From contig CAVRCI010000009.1 of assembly GCA_963719495.1 (NCBI GenBank), positions 1-64,000 on the forward strand: a DNA stretch of 64,000 nucleotides, given 5' to 3'. This document shows, piece after piece, positions 27,438 to 35,700 of the stretch; positions within the stretch are counted from its first letter, which is position 1; every line of letters begins with the position of its first letter. The DNA is from an uncultured Verrucomicrobiae bacterium. GTDB lineage: Bacteria > Verrucomicrobiota > Verrucomicrobiia > Chthoniobacterales > JAATET01. Both the position numbers and the translations under genes were made by a program. Under the pieces are notes generated by a model, which made no database searches, was not told where the DNA came from, and saw nothing but the letters and a program-made list of their open reading frames with translations.

Positions 27438-30020
27438 TCACCGCCACTCGTGCTTCGGATACCGCCGCTTCAGCTGCTCCTTCAAAGCCGGGTAACTCTC
27501 CCGCCAAAAGTTCGCCAAGTCCGTGGTCACCTGCACGGGCCGAAAGTTCGGTGCCAGCACCTGAATCGTGCAAGCCACCGTCCCGCCCCCGACCTTCAGA
27601 GCCGACGTCACCCCGTAGAGATCCTGAATCCGGGCCGCCACCACCGGAGCCGTCCCCTCCGCGTAGGTCACCTTTGCCTTGCGCCCACCCGGCAACTCGA
27701 TCCGCTCCGGCACCCACTTGTCGACCAACCCCGATTGCGCCGCCGTCAACCACCCCCGCACCCCCGGCTTCACCGCCCGGTCCTTGATCTCCCGGTAGCT
27801 CGTCGCCCCCGAACAAATCTCCGCGATGAGAATCTCCCGGTCCGCCTCCGCGATCCGCTCCACCCCGCAATCCGGCCGCCACGTCGCCAGGCAGTTGATC
27901 CGCACGATCAGCTGCTCCACCTCGTCGTCCCACTGCTTGAGCACCAGATTCCCCCGAAAAACCTCCGCCGCCAGACACGCCGAAGCCGCCGCCGACGGCC
28001 CCGCGTCCCGGTCGCGGCTCTCCAACGCCAGATCCCGAAAAACCTTCACCGACCGCTCGACCACCCGCCTCTGCGAAGCATCGAAAATCATTTCCGTCCG
28101 CTCCGAAAAATCCCCCGGAAACATCTCCCGCAACCAATCCTCCTCGATCTCCGTCACCAAATTGAGCGCCACGTTCGCTTCCCCCGCCCGCCCCTCGATC
28201 TCGTCGATCGACCCGACCACCACCAGCCGCCCGTCCCGCGCCACGCAATCCCGCCCCAGCATCCCCCGCCGCCCGTGCGTCAGATCGTAAACCGCCGTCC
28301 CCGCCCCGCGCCTCACCCCCACCTGATCCGCAAACCCCGCCAACACGCACCGCGCCACCGCATCCCCACCCCACTTCTCCCCAATCCCCAAACTTCGATG
28401 CGGCCGCATCGAAGTTTGGGGATCCACCCTGATGTCGGTTCGCCCACCCTCGACGCGGGCGATCTGCGAAAACTGCTCCGCCAGCTTCGCCACCTGCCGC
28501 GCCGTCTCCGCGTGCACCCCCAGCGCCCGGCAATCCTCCATCCGATACCGCCGGTCCCGCGCCCACTCGAACGCCCGGATCAAAATTACGAAATCCGACC
28601 CGGCCTGACCCCAGGCCTCCTCCCGAGCCTCCGCCGTCCGTTTATCCACCCGCATCAGCAAATTCCGCGACTGCGTCAGCGCCGCAATGAGAGCCGCCTC
28701 CCGCCCGCAACCCCACTCCGCCGCCGCGAGAAACATCCGCCCGTAGCGAGGGTGCATCGGAAACGACACCATTCGCCGCCCCACCTCCGTGATCACCCCA
28801 TCCGCCGCCACCGCGCCCAAATCGCGAAGAAGCCGCTCCGCCCGCTCCACCGCCACCGGATCCGGCGCGTCCAGCCAGCGAAAATTCGCCAACTCCACCA
28901 CCCCCGCCGCCTTCAGCCCCAGCACGACCTCTGTCAGGTCCATCCGCTTGATCTCCGGCTCGTCCCGCAACGCCCGCGACCGGTTCGACGCCTCCGTCCA
29001 CAGCCGCACGCACCGCCCCGGCCCCGTCCGGCCCGCCCGCCCCGCCCGCTGATCCGCCGAAGCCAAACTGATCGGTTCCACGTAAAGCGTGTTGATCCCC
29101 CGCGGCCCGTCGAACCGAGCCTTCCGCGCCAGACCCGAATCCACCACCAACGTCACCCCCGCGATCGTCAACGAAGTCTCCGCCACGTTCGTCGCCACGA
29201 TTACCCGCCGCTCCGCCCCGTCCCCCACCGCGCCCCCCCCAGCGCCGACCGCCACGTCCTGCTGGTCCGCCGTCAATTCCCCGTGCAGCGGCAGCACCGG
29301 AACCCCGCCCCCCAACCGCCGCCGCACCGCCTCGATCGTCCGGCGAATCTCATACGCCCCCGGCATGAAAACCAACGCGTGCCCCGCCGACCGCGGGAAT
29401 TCCGCCGCCACCGCCTCCGCCGCCGCGTCCCAGACCTCCCCCGCCGCCGCCCGCCGCGCGTAATCGATCTCCACCGGAAACGTCCGCCCCGCCGACTCCA
29501 GCACCCGGCACGGCGCGAGGTAATCCGCGACCGCCGCCCCGTCCAGCGTCGCCGACATCACCACGATCCGCAGATCCGGCCGCACCGATTCCTGCAAATC
29601 CAGCGCCCGAGCCAACGAAATGTCACCGAAGAGATGCCGCTCGTGAAACTCGTCGAACACCACCGCCGCCACCCCGTTCAGATAGGGGTCCCCCTGCATT
29701 CGCCGCAGCAAGATCCCCTCCGTCACGTAAAGAATCCGCGTCTCCGCCCCCGACCGATTCTCGAGCCGAATCTGATACCCCACCTCGCCCCCCAGCGCCC
29801 CACCACGCTCCGACGCCACCCGGCTCGCCAGCATCCGGGCCGCCAACCTCCTCGGCTGCAAAACAATCACTTGCCCCGCCGCGTCGCCCGGCGCGTCCAC
29901 CAACATCTGCGGCACCTGCGTCGACTTCCCCGACCCCGTCGGCGCTTGCAGCACCACCCGGTTGCACTCCGCCACCGCCGCCAGCAGCTCCCCCCGCACC
30001 TCGAAAATCGGTAAATCCAT
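27438..30020 (-). CDS. hrpB: ATP-dependent RNA helicase HrpB
   Basis: PTGSGKST, DEFHER, MSAT, TNVAETSLTI, QRAGRAGR, C-terminal RYPKHEW; ATG at 30020. Confidence 0.95.
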   Translation of the reverse strand: MDLPIFEVRGELLAAVAECNRVVLQAPTGSGKSTQVPQMLVDAPGDAAGQVIVLQPRRLAARMLASRVASERGGALGGEVGYQIRLENRSGAETRILYVTEGILLRRMQGDPYLNGVAAVVFDEFHERHLFGDISLARALDLQESVRPDLRIVVMSATLDGAAVADYLAPCRVLESAGRTFPVEIDYARRAAAGEVWDAAAEAVAAEFPRSAGHALVFMPGAYEIRRTIEAVRRRLGGGVPVLPLHGELTADQQDVAVGAGGGAVGDGAERRVIVATNVAETSLTIAGVTLVVDSGLARKARFDGPRGINTLYVEPISLASADQRAGRAGRTGPGRCVRLWTEASNRSRALRDEPEIKRMDLTEVVLGLKAAGVVELANFRWLDAPDPVAVERAERLLRDLGAVAADGVITEVGRRMVSFPMHPRYGRMFLAAAEWGCGREAALIAALTQSRNLLMRVDKRTAEAREEAWGQAGSDFVILIRAFEWARDRRYRMEDCRALGVHAETARQVAKLAEQFSQIARVEGGRTDIRVDPQTSMRPHRSLGIGEKWGGDAVARCVLAGFADQVGVRRGAGTAVYDLTHGRRGMLGRDCVARDGRLVVVGSIDEIEGRAGEANVALNLVTEIEEDWLREMFPGDFSERTEMIFDASQRRVVERSVKVFRDLALESRDRDAGPSAAASACLAAEVFRGNLVLKQWDDEVEQLIVRINCLATWRPDCGVERIAEADREILIAEICSGATSYREIKDRAVKPGVRGWLTAAQSGLVDKWVPERIELPGGRKAKVTYAEGTAPVVAARIQDLYGVTSALKVGGGTVACTIQVLAPNFRPVQVTTDLANFWRESYPALKEQLKRRYPKHEWR
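28384..28423. repeat. Perfect 40-bp palindrome inside hrpB
   Basis: atccccaaacttcgatgcgg|ccgcatcgaagtttggggat. Confidence 0.9.
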
Positions 30021-30093
30021 CGACGAAATTACCCACCCGCCCACGAAAACTGAACACTAGAAACTCGCGAAACATTCCCGTAGAGTGCCGCCG

Positions 30094-30957
30094 ATGACCG
30101 CCCGTCCGCTCCTCGCCGCCGCGATTCTCTCGATTCCGTTCGTCGGCCTTCGCGCCCAGGACGACCCGGCGCCGCCCCCAGCCCCCACCCCGACCCCCGA
30201 ACTCGTCGAGATCCACCCTGTCCTCACCGAAGACGACCTCGCCGCCGCCGTCGAAATCGAGAACCTCTCCATCCCCACCCCCGGCGAATTCTTCGCCGCC
30301 ATCAACAAAATCGACCGCCCGAACTGGTCGCAACTCGACCGCCCCGGCCCCCTCGCCGCCACCACCAGCCGCGCCCGCCTCTCCCTCAACGTCGGAGCCC
30401 GCGTCGCCGACGGCTTCATCGCCGTCGAAGCCCAGGACGGTCAACAGGTCAAGAACACCGGCAAGGACATCATCGACCTCGCCCGCGGCCTCGGCGTCTC
30501 CGAGACCATCATCGCCCGCGGCAATTCCATCGGCGACTTCGCCGACAACAACGAATGGACCGCCCTCAAGGAGGAACTCGAAGCCACCGAAAACGAAGTC
30601 AAACTCCAGATGGAGGCCCAAAAAGACGAACCCCTCATCATCCTCGTCACCGTCGGAGCGTGGATTCGCGGCATGCAGGCCGCCAGCGAAGTCATCGGCA
30701 CCAACTACTCCCCCCTCGCCGCCGAACTCCTCCGCCAGCCCGCCATCGTCGCCTACCTCGACCAGCGCCTCGGCGCGCTCCCCGAACGCATGCGCGGCGA
30801 CGATCTCATCCAGCAAATCGACGCCGGCATTCTCAATATCGGGAAAATCACCGACCTCCCCCCCGACGAGACCCTCACCGAGAAAGACGTCGCCGCCGTC
30901 CGCGCCACCACCACCACCCTCGTGAACGCCATCAACGAAGCCGCACCGGAATCCTAA
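30094..30957 (+). CDS. Hypothetical exported protein
   Basis: Signal peptide, Pro/Thr linker, helical body; first of a translationally coupled run. Confidence 0.75.
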   Translation: MTARPLLAAAILSIPFVGLRAQDDPAPPPAPTPTPELVEIHPVLTEDDLAAAVEIENLSIPTPGEFFAAINKIDRPNWSQLDRPGPLAATTSRARLSLNVGARVADGFIAVEAQDGQQVKNTGKDIIDLARGLGVSETIIARGNSIGDFADNNEWTALKEELEATENEVKLQMEAQKDEPLIILVTVGAWIRGMQAASEVIGTNYSPLAAELLRQPAIVAYLDQRLGALPERMRGDDLIQQIDAGILNIGKITDLPPDETLTEKDVAAVRATTTTLVNAINEAAPES

Positions 30958-31454
30958 TGAGCCGCCTTCTCCCCTTCCTGCTCGGCCCGCTCCTCGCCAC
31001 CGCCGCCCTAGCGGCCGACGAGACCCCCGCGCCCACCGCCACCCCGACGCCCGGCGCCACCGCCGCCCCCACCCCGCCGCCCGACGTCGACGGCTCCCAG
31101 GCCGCCGCCCGCCGTGGCGCGATCGACCTCGCCGCCGCCTTCTCCAACGACGGCTACAAAATCCGCGACGGCTTCTGGTTCGCCTCCATCGAACCCGACA
31201 AACCCGCCGTCCTCAAAGTCAACCTCTTCGCCGGCAACGAATACTGGTTCTGCGCAAACGTCGTCCCACCCGGCCGCACCCTCACCGTCACCGTCACCGA
31301 CTCCGAAGGCTTCGCCGTCGACCAGCAGGACTACACCGACGAGACCCGCACCGCCGCCGGCGTCGAGCCGAACGTCAGCGGAGAATATTACATCCAGGTC
31401 GCCCTCACCGAAGGCGACAAAAGCGAATTCTGCCTCCTCTACACCTACAAATGA
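30957..31454 (+). CDS. Hypothetical exported protein (probable beta-sandwich)
   Basis: ATG overlaps the upstream TAA; signal peptide and PT-rich linker. Confidence 0.7.
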   Translation: MSRLLPFLLGPLLATAALAADETPAPTATPTPGATAAPTPPPDVDGSQAAARRGAIDLAAAFSNDGYKIRDGFWFASIEPDKPAVLKVNLFAGNEYWFCANVVPPGRTLTVTVTDSEGFAVDQQDYTDETRTAAGVEPNVSGEYYIQVALTEGDKSEFCLLYTYK

Positions 31455-31921
31455 CCACCGCCGAACCGATCACCATCGAGAAGCTGGGCGGCGATAACGT
31501 CCGCCACTTCTCCGTCTTCCTCGACAACAAAGTCGGGGCCCTCCTCGAGATCGTCAAACTCCTCGAGCACCACAACGTCATCGTCCTCGCCCTCAGCATT
31601 CAGGACTCCGCCGAGAGCAGCATCTGCCGCTTCGTCGTCAGCGACCCCCCGCTCGTCGAAGAACTTTTCGAGATGAACGACATCGCCCACAGCATCAGCG
31701 AGATCATCGTCACCGAGCTCAAGGAAGGCGCCGCCGACCTCGCCCGCGTCCTCGCCTCCCTCCTCAAAGCCGAAGTGAACATCCATTTCAGCTACCCCCT
31801 CATGATCCGCCCCCGCGGCAAGGCCGCTCTCGCCCTCCACGTCGACGACGTCGAGTGCGCCTCCTCCGTCCTCCGCGGCGACGGCTTCCCGACTCTCAAC
31901 CAATCCGACCTCTCCCGATGA
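31451..31921 (+). CDS. Tandem ACT-domain protein
   Basis: FSVFLDNKVGAL and LARVL..L..AEVNI..SY. Confidence 0.8.
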   Translation: MTTAEPITIEKLGGDNVRHFSVFLDNKVGALLEIVKLLEHHNVIVLALSIQDSAESSICRFVVSDPPLVEELFEMNDIAHSISEIIVTELKEGAADLARVLASLLKAEVNIHFSYPLMIRPRGKAALALHVDDVECASSVLRGDGFPTLNQSDLSR

Positions 31922-32574
31922 AAATCCCGACCCTCCTCGCCACCCTCACGCTCACCCTTTCAAGCGCCTTCGCCGGCCTCGAAATCGTGCAAAAAGTCGA
32001 AAACGCCGGACCGACCCCGATCAGCATGCAAATGACGATCCAAGTCGAAGGCGACCGAGCCCGCATCGACGTCGGCGACCAGATGTCCACCCTCATGGGC
32101 GGCGAGACCGAGGATATCACCACCCTCATGCACGCCCAAAAAATGGCCATGACCATCCCAGCCGCCGCGATGGAAGCCATGAAGGCCAAGCTGAAAGACT
32201 CCTCCCCCGAAGCGGACGAGAAACCCGACATCAAACCTACCGGCGCAAAGAAAGAGATCAGCGGCTTCGCCTGCGAGGAATACACCGGCACCGTCGCCGG
32301 CATGCAAGCCACCTACTGGCTCACCAACGACCTCCCCAACCAGAAGGAAGTCGTCGCCCAGCTCAGCGCCCTCTCCGGCGACACCGATCCCTTCAAAGGA
32401 ATCTTCGACAACTCCGACTTCCCCGGCTTCCCGATCCAAACGGAGGTCGACTCCCCCCAAGCTGGAAAGAGCACCGTAACGGTCGAATCCGTCACCGAAA
32501 AAGAAATTCCAGCCACCGCCTTCGAAGTCCCGTCCGACTACAAATCCGCCGCCATGCCCACCATGGGCCAATGA
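31918..32574 (+). CDS. Exported DUF4412-like protein
   Basis: Signal peptide; TG.KKEISGFACEEY, YW, GFP, FEVPSDY. Confidence 0.7.
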   Translation: MKIPTLLATLTLTLSSAFAGLEIVQKVENAGPTPISMQMTIQVEGDRARIDVGDQMSTLMGGETEDITTLMHAQKMAMTIPAAAMEAMKAKLKDSSPEADEKPDIKPTGAKKEISGFACEEYTGTVAGMQATYWLTNDLPNQKEVVAQLSALSGDTDPFKGIFDNSDFPGFPIQTEVDSPQAGKSTVTVESVTEKEIPATAFEVPSDYKSAAMPTMGQ

Positions 32575-32575
32575 T

Positions 32576-32688
32576 TCAAGGAGCGGCGGCTTCCAGCCGC
32601 CGAAGTCCAGCAAATCTGGCAAAGCCAGAGATCCGAAACTCAAGGAACGGCGCTTTCCAATCGCCGCACCAACCCAACGCCGAAGGCG
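32576..32688 (+). repeat. Two further TCAA-GGA(G/A) REP-like palindromes
   Basis: tcaaggagcggcggcttccagccgccg and tcaaggaacggcgctttccaatcgccg...cgcc-gaa-ggcg. Confidence 0.75.
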
Positions 32689-32719
32689 CACTCTTTCCCA
32701 CCCCGCGCAAACAACCCCC

Positions 32720-35700
32720 ATGCGCCCCCCAGCCGCCCCCCGAGCCGCAGCGGCCCTCTTCACTCTCTTCGCCCTCTTCACCCTTACCACCCTCACCCCG
32801 GCCCACGCCGACCTCACCCCCGACGAGCGACGCCAGTCCGCCCGCTACGCCGAGATCCTCCAGAGCGACCCGGCGCACGTCGTGGCGCGTCAGCGACTCT
32901 GGGCTCTCCACGCAACCGCCGGCGACACCGCCACCCTCCTCGACGACTACGCCACCCGTTCCGCGGAGTCCCTCCCCGCCGCCCTCACCCACGCCTACCT
33001 CCTCCTCGAAAGCGGTGACCCCACCAGCGCTCTCACCGCCCTCGACGCCACGGCCACCACCTTCCCCGAGGACCCCACCCCTCTCCTCGCCAAAGCCGAA
33101 ATCCTCGCCGCGCAAAGCGAAGACCCCATCCCCACCCTCGTAGCCGCTCTCGCCCTCGCGCCAGAAAACCCCGACATCGCCGACCGTCTCACCCGAGCCC
33201 GCCTCGCCGCCGGCGACCCAACCAGCCTCCTCGCCGACGCCCCCAACGACCCCGCCCTCCGCCGCGAACTCGCCGACCAGCTCCTCGCCGCCAATCGTCC
33301 CGACGAAGCCCGCCCGCACCTCGAATGGCTCGCCGCCAAAGGCAACCCCACCCAGCGCGTCGACGCCCTTCGCACCCTCTCCGACGTCGCCGAGCAGAAG
33401 GGCGACCTCCCCGCCGCCATCGAATTCGCCGACCAAGCCGCCAACCGCCTCGGCCCCACCCACTGGCTCCGCCCCGACCTCGAGACCCGCGTCACCAACC
33501 TCCGCGCCCGATCCGGCACCCTCGAAGCCCGCCGCGATCGTCTGTGGGACACCACGCTCAAATCCCCCGGCGACTGGCGGGCCTGGCGCGAAATTGCGAG
33601 AATCGAAAGCGTCCTCGGCAACCCTGCCGCGCAGGTTGCGGCTCTCGAAAGCGCCGTCGCCGCCGCTCCGAGCGACGATTCACTGCGCTACGAACTCATC
33701 CGCGCCGAAGCCGATTTCGGTGACCTCGATCTGGCCTACACCCTCGTAGGAAAGCTCATCGCCCAACGACCCAACGACCCCGAGCCCATCTTTCTTCGCG
33801 CCGACCTCGACGTCCGCGCCGGCCGCCTCGCCGCCGCCCGGTCCAGCGTCGACGCCCTCGTCGCGGCCAATCCTTCCCTCCGCCCCCGCGCCATCGCCTT
33901 CTTCGAATCCACCCGTCTCGACGAAGCCGCCACCGCCCTCCGCGCCCAGGCCGCCGCCGACGGCGATCCCGAGGCCAGTCTCGCCCTCGCCAATTCCCAC
34001 CTCGAATCCAGCGATCTCCCCGCCGCCATCGCGGCGCTCACCGCCGCCAAACTCGACGCCGACACCAACCTTCGCGCCGCCGCCCTCCTCCGCTCCCACG
34101 ACCACGTCGCCGCCACCATCCCATTCCTCGAAGCCGCCCGCCTCCAGGCCCCCGACCACCTCGAGCCCGTCCAACAACTCGCCGCCGCCCTCGTTGCCAC
34201 CGACCAGACCGAAAGCGCCGTTGCCGTCCTCGAAGCCGCCCTCGCAACCCAGCCCGACAAAGCCGCGACCCTCGACCGCCAAATTTACGATTCCCTCGCC
34301 GCCACACCCGACCAACTGACCGCGCACCTCGAAACCATCCAGTCCGATCCCGAACGCTTCGCCCGCTGGCAACTCTGGAGCGGAGACGCCGAACCTCCCG
34401 ACCCCAACGAATCCCGCCCCATCGTCCCCGACGCCGAGACCCTCGACGAACTCGCCACCGCCGCCCGCGAAGCCCCCGCCTCCGTCGAGGCCCTCACCAA
34501 CCTCGCCGCCGCCCGCCAGTCCGCCAGCGACTACTACGGCGCGCTCGAACCCTGGACCGAAGCCTTCGCCCGCGCCCCCGCCAACGACCGCACCGACCTG
34601 CTGCCCCCCATCCTCGCCGCCACCGCCCGCCTCCAACTCCCCGACCGCGGCCTCGGCTTCCTCGTCGACTACGCCCGCTCCCGCCCCGGCGAGGCCGACC
34701 GCATCACCGCCTGGGCGGACGCCGTCACCTTCGCGGAAAAAAACGCCAACCTCGATCTCCTCGAATCCGAACTCGCCACCTCCCCCGACGAATACCCGAC
34801 CGCCGTCGCCCGCGCCGCCATCCAATCCGCCCGCGGCGACGACCCAGCCGCCTTCCGCACCCTCGAATCCTCCGCCCGCCTCGCCGCCGATCCCGCCGCC
34901 GCCCGCGACCGCACCCTCGCCGCCGCCGCCCGCACCGGCGAGGACGCCGCCGTCATTCGCTCAGCCGCCCGAGTCACCGCCGAGTCCAACGCCTTCTCCG
35001 ACTGGCGAGCCGCCGCCACCGCCCTCGAAGCCGTCGGAGCCGCCGACACCGCCGGAGCCACCTGGCGCGCCATCCACCGCAAATTCAACCGCGACCCCGA
35101 CGCCCTCACTGCCGTCGCCGCCTACGCCGACCGCACTGGCGAAGCCGAAACCCGCGCCACCGCGCTCTACGCCGCCGCCGAACTCGATCCCCGCGACCCC
35201 GTCCGCCTCGCCGAAGCCGCCGCCCTCGCCGAAACCCGCGGCGACCGCGACCGAGCCATCGACTTCTACTACCAGATCCTCGCCGCCACCCACCCCCTCG
35301 AGCCCGACCCCGCCCGCTTCCCCGGCTTCGACGAAGTCTCCGCCGAAGTCACCAACGCCGCCCACTCCCTCGCCATGCGCGCCATCGGCGGACTCGCCGA
35401 CGTCGCGAGCGTGGCAACCGTCCGATCCACCGCCGACCGCTCCACCGCGGTGGCCACGGCTGCCGCCCGCCTCGCCGCCATCCGAGCCCTCGCCCACCTC
35501 TCTACCGGTGGCTCGACCCGCGAAGAATGGCTGGCCTGGTGCGCGCAAGCCACCCCCTTCGAGGCGGCGTGGGGGTTCTACAGCGCCGACGAGTTCGCCC
35601 CCGCCCACGCCGCCCTCCTCACTCTACTCGCCACCACCCCCGACCCCGCGCCCGTCGAGCGCGCCCTCATCTGGAACGCCCTCCGCCGCTCCTCCTTCGA